NCBI GenBank assembly: GCA_029262005.1
Contig: JAJDAG010000150.1
Location: 20,248-84,247 of the forward strand
DNA length: 64,000 bases
Source of the DNA: Candidatus Zhuqueibacterota bacterium
Lineage (GTDB): Bacteria; Zhuqueibacterota; Zhuqueibacteria; Oceanimicrobiales; Oceanimicrobiaceae
Reading direction: 5' to 3'
The position numbers and the translations under genes were made by a program. Positions 36,050 to 46,229 of this stretch are shown here, in pieces. The stretch's first letter is position 1, and every line of letters starts with the position of its first letter. The notes under the pieces are model-generated. The model ran no database searches. It saw only the letters and a list, made by a program, of their open reading frames with translations, and was not told the DNA's origin.

Positions 36050-37759
36050 TCAATTCGTGCCGCTCAGGTTCTCTTTCTTTTGAAAAACCACCTCTCCTGC
36101 AACCACGGTCATCAACACGTCGATATCGAACAAGCGTTCTTCCGGTTCGGTCATCAAATCCCGGTCAAGAACAACCAGGTCGGCATATTTACCCGGTTCA
36201 ATCGAACCAATCTTGTCCTCCATAAAAGCGGCTTTAGCGCCCCATATCGTCAGGCTCCGCAAGGCCTCTTCCCTGGTCATGCGATACTCCGGCATCCAGC
36301 CCTCGGCGCTGAAACCAGTTGTGTCAGTGCGCGCAGCCGCAGCAAAAAACTCGAGCATCGGGTTGCCTTCTTCCACAGGTGCATCAGAGCCGGCAGGAAC
36401 AATGCTACCCTGATCAATAAACTTGCGCCAGGCGTATCCCCCGGGCATTCTAGCGAGGCCGAGCCGGCGCACAGCAAAATGCAGATCACCAATGGCGTGG
36501 CTGGGTTGCATGCTGGGAGTAATGCCAAGCTGAGCAAAGCGCGGGATATCTTCAGCGTGAACGATTTGCGAATGCTCAATACGAAAACGAGGGTCTGCAA
36601 TTTCTCGTTCATTGACCGGCACTTCCAGCAGCGCTCGCTCAAATAAATCAAGAATCTTCCTGTTGGCTGCATCGCCTATGCAATGAACCGCCATCTGAAT
36701 ACCCCTCTGCGCGGCCTTCTTGATTATCGGATATACTTCTTCGTCTTTGTGAATTAAAAATCCAGAGGTTTCGGCATCGCGATATGGTTCGAGCAAAGCG
36801 GCGCCGCGTGAGCCAAGAGCGCCATCGGCAACTATTTTAATACCACGGATGTTTAGCCTGCTGCCAAAAAGATCATGCTCAGCCCCCCGGTCGAGCAGTA
36901 GATTACAGTCAGCGCCCGGCCCATGAATGTAAGCATTGATGCGAATCTTCAAATCCGAGGATGTATACATTTTTTTATAAAGTTCAACAGTTTGATAATC
37001 CGTGCCCATATCGTGCACTTGCGTCAGTCCGTAAGAAAGAGCCCGCGCATCGGCTTTTCTTGCATATTTTTCAATCATCGCCAATGTTGTGTCCGATGGC
37101 ATGTGCTTTCGGACCAGGGCCATGGCCTGGTCAAGAAACAAACCGTTGCAATTGCCATTCTTGTCGTGTAAAATTCTGCCGCCCTGTGGATCCTGCGTCT
37201 TGCGGCTTATCCCCGCCAGCTTGATAGCCTGGGAATTAGCCACAACAGCATGGCCATCGGCACGTGTCAAAATGACCGGATTGTCCGGCGACACACCATC
37301 CAGATCCCGGCAGGTGGGAAAGCGTTTCGACGGCCAGTCCTCTTCCATCCAGCCGCGGCCAATCACCCATTCGCCACTGTTCTTTGTGGCGACTTCAGCC
37401 TGGATGCGGCTGAGAAAATCCTGCATTGAAGTGGCGCCATCAAGATTGAGATTAAACTCGCGCTTACCCACCCCAATAAAGTGGTAATGGCTGTCGATGA
37501 GCCCGGGAACAACTGTTTTTCCAGCCAAATCAATGACCTGTGTACTCTCGGAGATCAGAGGAACAACCTGTGCATTGGTGCCAACAGCAATGAACTTGCC
37601 ATTGCTAATTGCCACTGCTTCAACCTTGTTCATTTGGCCATCAACGGTGTAGATGCTGCCATTCTTAAAAACCACCTCAGCATGCTGAGGTGGGCTGCAA
37701 CCAAGTGTTGTCATAACCAAACCTGCTAGTAAGAAAAACAAACCACAAATCTTTTTCAT
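36050..37759 (-). CDS. Amidohydrolase-family (Amidohydro_3-like) metallohydrolase, probable lipoprotein
   Basis: ORF 36050..37837. Start placed at ATG 37759 (MKKICGLFFLLAGLVMTTLGC, lipobox-like LGC). Has the DSHYHF metal motif. Confidence 0.8.
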   Translation of the reverse strand: MKKICGLFFLLAGLVMTTLGCSPPQHAEVVFKNGSIYTVDGQMNKVEAVAISNGKFIAVGTNAQVVPLISESTQVIDLAGKTVVPGLIDSHYHFIGVGKREFNLNLDGATSMQDFLSRIQAEVATKNSGEWVIGRGWMEEDWPSKRFPTCRDLDGVSPDNPVILTRADGHAVVANSQAIKLAGISRKTQDPQGGRILHDKNGNCNGLFLDQAMALVRKHMPSDTTLAMIEKYARKADARALSYGLTQVHDMGTDYQTVELYKKMYTSSDLKIRINAYIHGPGADCNLLLDRGAEHDLFGSRLNIRGIKIVADGALGSRGAALLEPYRDAETSGFLIHKDEEVYPIIKKAAQRGIQMAVHCIGDAANRKILDLFERALLEVPVNEREIADPRFRIEHSQIVHAEDIPRFAQLGITPSMQPSHAIGDLHFAVRRLGLARMPGGYAWRKFIDQGSIVPAGSDAPVEEGNPMLEFFAAAARTDTTGFSAEGWMPEYRMTREEALRSLTIWGAKAAFMEDKIGSIEPGKYADLVVLDRDLMTEPEERLFDIDVLMTVVAGEVVFQKKENLSGTN

Positions 37760-38156
37760 CGGATTCGCCTCATTCAATTTTAAAAGCGTGCATTTAAACA
37801 GCTTGTTGAACTTACTTAATAATTGAAACAGGATCAAGGCCGATTTAATCGTGCCAATTTGAGTCTTGTATTTATGTTGATTTTTTTACTGTTGAACTCC
37901 TGTTTCCCATTTCGAATACCCGGTTTCGTATTACATCCTCCCTGCTATAAATAATTTTGGTTGATTTTATGAAATTAATGCAATAGATTCGGCATCCATG
38001 GACATGGGGGAGAATCAGAATTTGGATGACCAACTTTACAACTACCGAGCCAAAATAACCAGCATTTACGCCGGCGAATACGAGAATATCAACGCCATAC
38101 TCGATGAAAACAACCATGCAAAATACTATGAATATAAGAAAGGATAACCTAAATAG

Positions 38157-38384
38157 ATGACTGCACCAAACGCTGAAAACAAACGTAAGGGCCTGCGAGG
38201 AGTACTCAAACCTCAGTTTATGATTGATTGGGTGAGAGAGTTGAAAGAGCACGGTATCAAACAGTTTCTTCGCAAAAAGGGCTGGAAGGTTGTTGTCGCT
38301 TTTTGTCTATTCTACTTGATCCGTGATTCTTTTCTTTACCTGCTCCTGCCTTACCTGGCAGCCAAAGGCCTCTTGGGTTGTTAA
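38157..38384 (+). CDS. Possible small membrane protein (75 aa)
   Basis: ORF with a basic N-terminal half and a hydrophobic C-terminal segment (VVVAFCLFYLIRDSFLYLLLPYLAA), 60 nt upstream of the thiolase on the same strand. The SD is weak and I recognise no homology. Confidence 0.3.
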   Translation: MTAPNAENKRKGLRGVLKPQFMIDWVRELKEHGIKQFLRKKGWKVVVAFCLFYLIRDSFLYLLLPYLAAKGLLGC

Positions 38385-38444
38385 CAAGAAATTCGTATCT
38401 CCAGACGCTCAAATTGACCTGCATGTTTCACTCGGAGGAAGCAC

Positions 38445-39704
38445 ATGCCTAACAATTCCACGAACAGAGTGGCGATAATCGCGGGCGTACGCACACCTTT
38501 TGTAAAAGCAGGCACGGTGTTCAAACGCCGCTCATCGCTTGAACTGGGCGTGCATGCAGTCAAAGGACTTTTGCAAAAACAGGCGCTCTCTCCGGACAGC
38601 GTTGATGAGCTGATTTTTGGCACGGTAGTGGCCGATCCGAAGGTTCCCAACATGGCCCGGGAGATTGTCTTCAGTAGTGCCTTGCCCGCGACCGTCCGTG
38701 CGCACACGGTGTCGAATAACTGCATCACGGGCATTCATGCCATTAGCGCAATCAGTGATTCTATCGTAGCCGGCTCCACAGAAATAGGCATTGCCGGTGG
38801 CGTTGAATCCATGTCAAATCCACCTATTCTTTTCAGCCGCGAATTTTCCCGCATTTTGATGGATGCCTCATTTGCAAAAACTACTGGCCAACGCATTGGC
38901 CATTTTGCAAAAATTCGACCCTGGCATTTCAAACCAAATGCGCCGGCCATTGCCGAACCTTCCACCGGGCTCACCATGGGCGAACATGCTGAAATCATGG
39001 CCAAAGAATGGCAGATTGGCCGTGAAGAACAGGACCAAATCACTTACCGCAGCCACAAAAATGCACACGCAGCCACGGAAGACGGCCGCCTGACAGCTGA
39101 AATCTACCCGCTTGATGGGGTTGACCGGGACTTGCTCATTCGCTCCGACACCACTCCAGCTCGACTTGCCAAACTGAAACCGGTATTTGATCGCAGCGAC
39201 AAAGGCACTATCACCGCAGGCAATTCAAGCCCGCTCACCGATGGTGCAGCCGCTGTTTTGCTCATGTCAGAAAACCGGGCAACAAAGGAAGGACGCGAGC
39301 CTCTGGCATTTATCAAGGCGTTTGAATACGCCGCCATTGACCCGAGCGATGGTCTGCTCATGGCACCCTGTATTGCTGTTCCGCGTCTGCTGAAAAGAAC
39401 CGGCCTTAGCCTCGACGATATGGACATCATCGAAATACATGAAGCTTTTGGCGCGCAGGTGGCCTGCAATCTGGCGGGTTGGGAAAAAGGCTGGAAAGAA
39501 ATCGCCATCGGTAGCATAGACCCGAAAAAATTGAATCCATTAGGCAGCTCCATTGCAGTAGGGCACCCATTTTCTGCCACAGGCGGGCGCATTGTGACAA
39601 CACTGGCAAATGAAATGAAACGTCGGGGTTCGCGTTACGGCTTGATCAGCATCTGTGCAGCGGGCGCGATGGCCGCGGCCGTGATTTTGGAAAGTGCGCA
39701 GTAA
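38445..39704 (+). CDS. Thiolase (acetyl-CoA acyltransferase, FadA/FadI-like)
   Basis: 419 aa: VAIIAGVRTPF, active-site Cys context VSNNCITG, GHPFSATGGR, C-terminal ICAAGAMAAA. Confidence 0.85.
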   Translation: MPNNSTNRVAIIAGVRTPFVKAGTVFKRRSSLELGVHAVKGLLQKQALSPDSVDELIFGTVVADPKVPNMAREIVFSSALPATVRAHTVSNNCITGIHAISAISDSIVAGSTEIGIAGGVESMSNPPILFSREFSRILMDASFAKTTGQRIGHFAKIRPWHFKPNAPAIAEPSTGLTMGEHAEIMAKEWQIGREEQDQITYRSHKNAHAATEDGRLTAEIYPLDGVDRDLLIRSDTTPARLAKLKPVFDRSDKGTITAGNSSPLTDGAAAVLLMSENRATKEGREPLAFIKAFEYAAIDPSDGLLMAPCIAVPRLLKRTGLSLDDMDIIEIHEAFGAQVACNLAGWEKGWKEIAIGSIDPKKLNPLGSSIAVGHPFSATGGRIVTTLANEMKRRGSRYGLISICAAGAMAAAVILESAQ

Positions 39705-39822
39705 ACAGAAGCATTGAAAGTTGGGTACAACCCAGATAAAAAACTATCGCCGCTTGACGTGGAATAGGAACAATTTTTAAACTGGGAAAAATGACTGGAA
39801 GGGTTTAATCCGGCCACGGCGG

Positions 39823-40578
39823 TCAAATAATAAACAGACTCTTCAAAGCCTCGCGCGCAGCCAGTTGTTCAGCGCGTTTTTTGCTATTGGCCGTGCCGCG
39901 TCCGAGCACGTCCTCTCGAATTCTTACCTGAATAGTGAAAATTCGCTCGTGGTCAGGGCCATCGACCGAATGGACATCATAGCTGGGAGAGCCGAGATTT
40001 TGGCTTTGGGCGTATTCCAGAAGCATGCTCTTAAAATTTGTGTGCAGCTCATCGCGAATGAGTTCTTCGAAGTTGGCTAGAATTTTCTCTTCGATGAACA
40101 TGCGGGCGTGTTCCAACCCTCCATCTATGTAAATAGCACCCATGACCGCTTCGATTGCATCTGAATTTATTGAAGCACGGGTACGACCACCCGACTTCTC
40201 TTCTGCATCGCTCAGGAGGAAATACTGTCCGAGTTTAAGTGCTTTTGCGATTTTGGCCAGAATTCGCCTACTCACAATCAACGACTTCATATTGGTCAGA
40301 TCGCCCTCTTCCTTTTCCGGAAAACGGTTGTAAAGGAATTCCACGACAACGAGTCCCAACACCGCATCACCCAACAATTCAAGGCGTTCATTGGATTGAA
40401 TACGGTGTTCCTGACTGATAGGAAGGTAGGAGCGGTGTTTGAGCGCCTGGGTGAAAAGCGCTTCATCGACCAGATTGTAACCGAGGGTCTCCCTTAGCGC
40501 CTCGAAATCGATGTTGGGCGTTCGGTCATGCTCACCGGGATATAGAATACTAAGCTGTTTTTTAATCCAGTTGAACAT
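39823..40578 (-). CDS. rnc: Ribonuclease III
   Basis: 251 aa with RNase III signature ERLELLGDAVL and a C-terminal dsRBD (KKRAEQLAAREAL). Confidence 0.9.
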   Translation of the reverse strand: MFNWIKKQLSILYPGEHDRTPNIDFEALRETLGYNLVDEALFTQALKHRSYLPISQEHRIQSNERLELLGDAVLGLVVVEFLYNRFPEKEEGDLTNMKSLIVSRRILAKIAKALKLGQYFLLSDAEEKSGGRTRASINSDAIEAVMGAIYIDGGLEHARMFIEEKILANFEELIRDELHTNFKSMLLEYAQSQNLGSPSYDVHSVDGPDHERIFTIQVRIREDVLGRGTANSKKRAEQLAAREALKSLFII

Positions 40579-40607
40579 GGCAGGTTGTGTTTAGCTTGGT
40601 GAGGATT

Positions 40608-41864
40608 CTATTCTGCAAACTTTTTTATAGCAATTGAAACGTTGTGCCCACCAAAACCAAACGAGTTTGATAATGCAGCCTTGACCTCACGCTTTTTAAA
40701 CACATTGGCGGTGTAGTCCAGATCACATTGTGGATCCGGCGTCTCTAAATTGATAGTTGGGTGAACACTGCCATTTTTCACAGATAATATAGAAACAATG
40801 AACTCAACGCTACCGGAAGCGCCAAGCAAATGGCCCAACATAGATTTGGTGGAATTAATACTCAGTTTATAAGCATGGTCACCGAAAACTGCTTTAATTG
40901 CCATTGTTTCCGCCAGGTCACCGTATGGTGTTGAAGTGCCGTGGGTGTTGATGTAACCAACTTCCTCGGGTTCGATACCGCCTGATGACAATGCGAGCTT
41001 CATAGCAGTAGTCGCTCCTTCACCATTCGGCGAAGGAGCCGTAATGTGATGTGCATCTGCAGTATAGCCCACACCGGCAATCTCACCGTAAATATGTGCG
41101 CCACGCGCCTGCGCATGTTCCAGGCTCTCCAGCACAATGATACCCCCGCCCTCGCCCATTACAAAGCCATCGCGGCCACTGTCAAAAGGCCGACTGGCTT
41201 TTGTTGGCTCATCATTTCGAGTAGAAAGTGCCTTCATGGCGTTAAAGCCACCCACACCCATTGGCGTAATACAGGCTTCTGAACCGCCTGCAATCATCAC
41301 ATCTGCGTCGCCGCGTACAATTGTCCTGAATGCATCGCCAATAGCATGTGAACTAGAGGCACAGGCCGAAATAGTAGAGTAATTCGGCCCCTTTAGGCCA
41401 TATCGAATAGAAATGTAACCAGGGGCGATATCCGCGATCATCATGGGAATAAAAAATGGGCTGATCTTTCTCGGACCTTTCTCGAAAAAAGCTTTACATT
41501 GCGCCTCGTAAGTCGACATGCCACCGATTCCAGAACCGGTTATAACACCGATCCTGTTTGTATCTTCCCTGGCCAAATCCAATCCGGAATCTTCCATGGC
41601 CTTAACGGCCGCAACCATAGCATATTGTGTAAACAAGTCCATCCTGCGGGCCTCTTTACGGTCCAGGTAGTTGTCTATCTGGAAGTCCTTGATTTCTCCG
41701 GCGAACTTTGTGGCAAAATCGCTTGTATCAAATCGCGAAATCAGCCCGACACCACTTTTTCCGGCCAACAAATTCTGCCAAAACTCCTGGAGGTCATGCC
41801 CCAGGGATGAAACGACACCCAGGCCTGTCACCACAACGCGTGACTTCATTGACTTTTCAAACAT
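40608..41864 (-). CDS. fabF: 3-oxoacyl-ACP synthase II
   Basis: 418 aa: ISACASSSHAIG (Cys), HGTSTP, GHLLGASG. Its ATG shares the A of the acpP TAA (TAATG). Confidence 0.95.
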   Translation of the reverse strand: MFEKSMKSRVVVTGLGVVSSLGHDLQEFWQNLLAGKSGVGLISRFDTSDFATKFAGEIKDFQIDNYLDRKEARRMDLFTQYAMVAAVKAMEDSGLDLAREDTNRIGVITGSGIGGMSTYEAQCKAFFEKGPRKISPFFIPMMIADIAPGYISIRYGLKGPNYSTISACASSSHAIGDAFRTIVRGDADVMIAGGSEACITPMGVGGFNAMKALSTRNDEPTKASRPFDSGRDGFVMGEGGGIIVLESLEHAQARGAHIYGEIAGVGYTADAHHITAPSPNGEGATTAMKLALSSGGIEPEEVGYINTHGTSTPYGDLAETMAIKAVFGDHAYKLSINSTKSMLGHLLGASGSVEFIVSILSVKNGSVHPTINLETPDPQCDLDYTANVFKKREVKAALSNSFGFGGHNVSIAIKKFAE

Positions 41865-42106
41865 TAGTCGTCAGAACCTAACTTTTCTGAGAGATATTTA
41901 ATTGCTTCACCGACTGTGGTCATTTTTTCTGCATCTTCATCAGGAATTTCGATATCGAATTCTTCCTCAAATGCCATGACCAACTCAACTGTATCAAGAG
42001 AATCAGCGCCCAGGTTATCAATGAATGAAGCTGAATCCGTTACCTCAGCCTCATCAACGCCAAGCTGCTCAGAAATGATATCTTTCACCTTATCTGCTAA
42101 TGCCAT
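41864..42106 (-). CDS. acpP: Acyl carrier protein
   Basis: Start placed at ATG 42106 (GGAGGAG about 6 nt upstream). 80 aa with the [12 protein letters not shown] phosphopantetheine site. Confidence 0.95.
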   Translation of the reverse strand: MALADKVKDIISEQLGVDEAEVTDSASFIDNLGADSLDTVELVMAFEEEFDIEIPDEDAEKMTTVGEAIKYLSEKLGSDD

Positions 42107-42262
42107 TTTACTCTCCTCCATAATTGTGACTAAAGTGAATGTACGAATCAATTAAATTAAAAAACCTGCCCAATTTTAAGCCAATCACATGCAATAATCA
42201 AATAATAAATTATTCAAACTTCAAGTATTTTTGTCTTGAACTAACTCAGGATAACTGAACAT

Positions 42263-43006
42263 CTACATTGCCATGCCACCATCTACATGCAGAACCTGTC
42301 CTGTCATGTAGTCCGCATCTTTTGAAGCAAGGAAAGCAACCGCGGCGGCAACATCAGCGGCTTCACCAATACGAGCGGCCGGAATCGTTGTATTTAATCC
42401 TTCCTTAACGTCATCCGGCAGATCGTCTGTCATGTCGGTTTTAATAAAGCCAGGAGCAATCGCATTAACCTGGATATTTCTCGGGGCGAGTTCTCTGGCC
42501 ACTGATTTTGTTAGACCAATGACACCGGCTTTGGAGGCGCAGTAGTTTGCCTGGCCGGCATTGCCCATGACGCCCACAACTGAAGTAATGTTAACGATCT
42601 TGCCGGAGCGCTGCTTCATAAGCGGCTTGGTCGCAGCTCGAATGCAGTTAAATGTGCCTCGCAGATTGACGTCAATCACCTCATTCCACTGTTCCTGGGA
42701 CATCCGAATAAGCAGGTTATCCCGAGTGATGCCCGCGTTGTTTACCAAAATATCAATTCTTGAAAATTGGGCAAGCGTTTCTTTCATCAGAGCCGACGCT
42801 TCGTCAAAGTCAGCTACATTTACTGCCAGAGGCAACGCCCTTCGGCCAAGTTTTTCAACCGCAGATGCTGTTTTCTCTGCACTCGCCAACGTAGTAGCCG
42901 TCACCACCAAATCAGCGCCCTCTGAAGCCAAACGCAGTGCAATCGCTTTGCCGATCCCACGGGAAGCGCCGGTCACAACAGCTATTTTTTCATTCAATCT
43001 ATTCAT
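42263..43006 (-). CDS. fabG: 3-oxoacyl-ACP reductase
   Basis: 247 aa: TGASRGIG, NNAG, YCASKAG. Sits in the canonical fab cluster position. Confidence 0.95.
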   Translation of the reverse strand: MNRLNEKIAVVTGASRGIGKAIALRLASEGADLVVTATTLASAEKTASAVEKLGRRALPLAVNVADFDEASALMKETLAQFSRIDILVNNAGITRDNLLIRMSQEQWNEVIDVNLRGTFNCIRAATKPLMKQRSGKIVNITSVVGVMGNAGQANYCASKAGVIGLTKSVARELAPRNIQVNAIAPGFIKTDMTDDLPDDVKEGLNTTIPAARIGEAADVAAAVAFLASKDADYMTGQVLHVDGGMAM

Positions 43007-43925
43007 TGTCCAGTTCGTTTAGTTGTTCAAGCGTATTTATGGGGGCACACCGCATCGAGCGATCAATCCGCCTCTGCAACCCGGTCAGTACGTTACCAGG
43101 GCCAATTTCATATAATTTTTCAGCACCGTCTGCGATCATTGCGTTGATTCCATCAACCCAACGAACAGGGCTGGTCAGTTGTTCAAGCAACAATCGCTTG
43201 ACATCGGATGCCTTGAGAACCGGCTCGGATGTCACATTGGAATAAACCGGAACTTTCGGATCAGCCACCTGAACCGCAGCCAACGCTTCGGATAGTCCAC
43301 TGATGGCAAATTCCATAAGTGGCGAATGAAACGCACCACCAACCACCAGAGGAACAACTTTTTTTGCGCCGGCTTCGTTGGCCACCTCCATGGCACGTTC
43401 CACTCCAGTTATCGAGCCGGAAATAACGATTTGTGCCGGTGAATTGTAATTTGCCACCGTGACGACACCCCGAGCACTGGCTGCTTCACATATCTTGTTG
43501 AGTGCATCTGCGTCAAGCCCAATCACCGCAGCCATGGTGCCTGCATTGATTTCTCCAGCCTTGTGCATCAATTCTCCGCGAACTTTTACGAGCTGCAAGC
43601 CGTCCGCAAAAGTGAGTGCCCCGGCCGCACATAAAGCGGAATATTCACCAAGGCTATGCCCAGCCATCATTGCTGCTGTCAAGCCTTTTTCAGCTACGAA
43701 TCGGCTCAGCGCCATGCTGTGCACAAATATCGCCGGCTGAGTCATATTCGTTTGCCTGAGTGCATCTTCAGGTCCATCAAAACAGATCCTGGCCAAATCA
43801 AATCCCAGGATATCTGCGGCAGCATCGTACAGCTCCCGAACTTCGCTATGTGCATCAAACAGGTCCTGGGCCATGCCGACAAACTGCGAACCCTGACCTG
43901 GAAATATAAATGCTATTTTACTAAT
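42999..43925 (-). CDS. fabD: Malonyl-CoA:ACP transacylase; start codon problematic (ATT proposed)
   Basis: The ORF track starts at ATG 43874 (MAQDLF). The essential conserved N-terminus KIAFIFPGQGSQFVG is encoded in frame upstream of it, back to an in-frame TAA at 43926-43928. The only plausible start there is ATT at 43925, with GGAG 8 nt upstream. GHSLGE and the rest of FabD are intact. Confidence 0.8.
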   Translation of the reverse strand: MSKIAFIFPGQGSQFVGMAQDLFDAHSEVRELYDAAADILGFDLARICFDGPEDALRQTNMTQPAIFVHSMALSRFVAEKGLTAAMMAGHSLGEYSALCAAGALTFADGLQLVKVRGELMHKAGEINAGTMAAVIGLDADALNKICEAASARGVVTVANYNSPAQIVISGSITGVERAMEVANEAGAKKVVPLVVGGAFHSPLMEFAISGLSEALAAVQVADPKVPVYSNVTSEPVLKASDVKRLLLEQLTSPVRWVDGINAMIADGAEKLYEIGPGNVLTGLQRRIDRSMRCAPINTLEQLNELDNE

Positions 43926-43950
43926 TTATCCATCTCCGTTTTCAAAGAAA

Positions 43951-44940
43951 TCAAACGCGAATAGCGGCTGACCCCCAAGTGAAGCCACCACCAAATGCGA
44001 CCATCACACAAATATCGCCAGTCTTCAAAGCACCTGATTTCATTGCTTCATCAAAAGCAACCGGGATGGAAGCAGCTGAGGTATTCCCATATTTTGTAAC
44101 ATTAACAAAGACCTTATCCGGTGACACTTTCATGCGACGGGCCGTTGCATCGATGATCCGCTTATTTGCCTGATGTGGTATAAGCAGATCAACGTCATCT
44201 GCAGTTAAGCCGGTTATTTCCATAATATGAGTTGCGGCATCGCCCATGGCAGTTACCGCATGCTTGAAAACTTCCTGGCCTCTCATCTTGATGCTGTTCA
44301 GATTTTCAGCTAAAGCAACATCAGCCGGGTAGCGTGTGCCACCTCCAGGCATCCAGAGCAGTTGTGTTAGCCGTCCATCGGTCTTGATAAATGTGCCTAA
44401 AATACCGCGACCATCGCCACTGCTCGGTCCAACAATTGCCGCCCCGGCAGCATCGCCAAATAGAACACAGGTTGACCGATCTTGCCAATCCACAATTCTG
44501 GTCAACACTTCACAGCCAATAATAAGGACATTTTTGCTTTTGCCGGCGGTGATGAAACTGTCAGCAATATTGAGCCCAAAAAGAAAGCCTGAGCAAGCAG
44601 CCTGTACATCAAAAGCCGCTGCATTCACAGCACCTATCTTGCTCTGCACGTAGCATGCAGTGGATGGAAAGGTGACATCACCCGTGACCGTAGCCACGAT
44701 AATGGTCTCAATTTCCTCTGCTGTCATTTTTGCATCATCAAGGGCCTTAAGAGCAGCCTCTGAAGCGAGATCTGAGTTTTGTCTATTTTCATCAACAACG
44801 TGCCGGACCACCATCCCAGTGCGTTCACGAATCCACTGATCGCTCGTATCAACGATTTTTTCGAGGTCAGCATTGGTCAGTGTCTTTGGGGGGATGGCCA
44901 CGCCTGAACCGAGTATCTTAGAATGTATATCATGTTGCAT
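43951..44940 (-). CDS. fabH: 3-oxoacyl-ACP synthase III
   Basis: 329 aa: AACSGFLFGL (Cys), HQAN, GNTSAAS. Confidence 0.95.
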   Translation of the reverse strand: MQHDIHSKILGSGVAIPPKTLTNADLEKIVDTSDQWIRERTGMVVRHVVDENRQNSDLASEAALKALDDAKMTAEEIETIIVATVTGDVTFPSTACYVQSKIGAVNAAAFDVQAACSGFLFGLNIADSFITAGKSKNVLIIGCEVLTRIVDWQDRSTCVLFGDAAGAAIVGPSSGDGRGILGTFIKTDGRLTQLLWMPGGGTRYPADVALAENLNSIKMRGQEVFKHAVTAMGDAATHIMEITGLTADDVDLLIPHQANKRIIDATARRMKVSPDKVFVNVTKYGNTSAASIPVAFDEAMKSGALKTGDICVMVAFGGGFTWGSAAIRV

Positions 44941-45949
44941 CGGTATTCTCCCTCATGCCTACTAATTCTTGACTTATTCTCTTATTTACAGATTGCTTGA
45001 TCATTGAGGCTGCTTCTTTAACTGCATTTTTTACAGCTTTTGGCGTTGAACTACCATGACAGATCATGCAGGTGCCGTTAATCCCGAGCAACGGGGCTCC
45101 GCCATATTCCTCATAATCATAAATCCGTCGCAATCTATTGAAAGTTGGCCGCAAAAGAAAAGCCCCGATATTTGAAAACACTTTCTTTCCGACCTTACGT
45201 TTCAGCGTTTTTGAATAAACGCCATTAAAACTCTCAGCAAACTTTAGAACAACATTACCAACAAAGCCATCCACAACGATTACATCCACCTCGCCTTCCA
45301 TGACTCCCCTGCCCTCAATATTTCCTACAAAATTGAGTCCACTGTTGGAGAGTAATTCAAATGCCTTGCGAATATTCTCGCCACCTTTACTTTTCTCTTC
45401 ACCAACATTTAACAGGGCCACCCGCGGTTTGTCCAAACCGTAGACGTACTTCATATAAATGTTGCCCATCACACCGAACTGCAAGAAGTCAATAGGGCGA
45501 CACTCAAGATTTGCGCCCACATCAACAAGAAAAGTAACCCCCTGACCATGTGGAATTAATGACCCCAGGGCGGGTCGCCGTACCCCGGCAATTCGGCCAA
45601 GCCGAAACAGTGCCGAGGCCATTGCCGCACCAGTATGTCCAGCGCTTACGACAGCATCCACTTCCCCTCTATTGTGAATCTCCATTGCTACAACAATTGA
45701 AGCATCCGGCTTCTTTTTGAGCGCAACCACGGGAGATTCCCCCATCTCTATCTTCTGGGATGCATGAATAATAGTAATTGGAAGTTCGTTAACACGAAAA
45801 TGGCGGGAAAGATAATTACGTATTACGGGCTCATCGCCCACAAACACAACCTCATATTCTCCTTTCCCAGCTCTGGCAGCCTCAACGCCTCCATGGATAA
45901 TGGCTTCGGGGGCATAATCCCCCCCCATCGCATCAATTCCGATCCGCAT
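44930..45949 (-). CDS. plsX: Phosphate acyltransferase
   Basis: 339 aa: MRIGIDAMGGDYAP. Located in the canonical rpmF-plsX-fabH context. Confidence 0.95.
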   Translation of the reverse strand: MRIGIDAMGGDYAPEAIIHGGVEAARAGKGEYEVVFVGDEPVIRNYLSRHFRVNELPITIIHASQKIEMGESPVVALKKKPDASIVVAMEIHNRGEVDAVVSAGHTGAAMASALFRLGRIAGVRRPALGSLIPHGQGVTFLVDVGANLECRPIDFLQFGVMGNIYMKYVYGLDKPRVALLNVGEEKSKGGENIRKAFELLSNSGLNFVGNIEGRGVMEGEVDVIVVDGFVGNVVLKFAESFNGVYSKTLKRKVGKKVFSNIGAFLLRPTFNRLRRIYDYEEYGGAPLLGINGTCMICHGSSTPKAVKNAVKEAASMIKQSVNKRISQELVGMRENTDAT

Positions 45950-46017
45950 CGGATTTGGTCACTCTTTAATGTTCAAGGATAGCTGCGAGTATCCGCACCA
46001 TCGCCACGCAAGGCTGA

Positions 46018-46200
46018 TCACGCCTCTTTAGGAATAAAAATAGACCTGCCCGCGTAATATCCACAATTTGGACATGCTCTATGAGGTAGCATCGGCTGAT
46101 GACAGTGGGAACATTCTGCAACAGAGGGAGCGGTAAGCTTCCAGTGGGTACGTCGTTTCCGTCCACGTGATTTTGAAATTTTCCTCTTTGGTAAAGCCAC
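46018..46200 (-). CDS. rpmF: 50S ribosomal protein L32
   Basis: 60 aa: MALPKRKISKSRGRKRRTHWK..C..C..CPNCG zinc-ribbon form. Confidence 0.95.
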   Translation of the reverse strand: MALPKRKISKSRGRKRRTHWKLTAPSVAECSHCHQPMLPHRACPNCGYYAGRSIFIPKEA

Positions 46201-46229
46201 CTTATATCTCCTGGTTAATAAAATCTACA

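Noticed and set aside
36080-36646. 188-aa plus-strand ORF inside the amidohydrolase gene. Similar antisense ORFs occur at 1640..2140, 8649..9053, 39104..39592, 42561..43022, 47178..47759, 53570..54061 and 54951..55532.
   Set aside because: All lie fully within well-supported genes on the opposite strand. All have Arg/Ser/Pro-rich shadow-frame composition and lack motifs or ribosome-binding sites.
37872-38252. 126-aa minus-strand ORF between the amidohydrolase and the thiolase
   Set aside because: The composition is hydrophobic and low-complexity. It overlaps the more plausible small plus-strand ORF and has no recognisable features.
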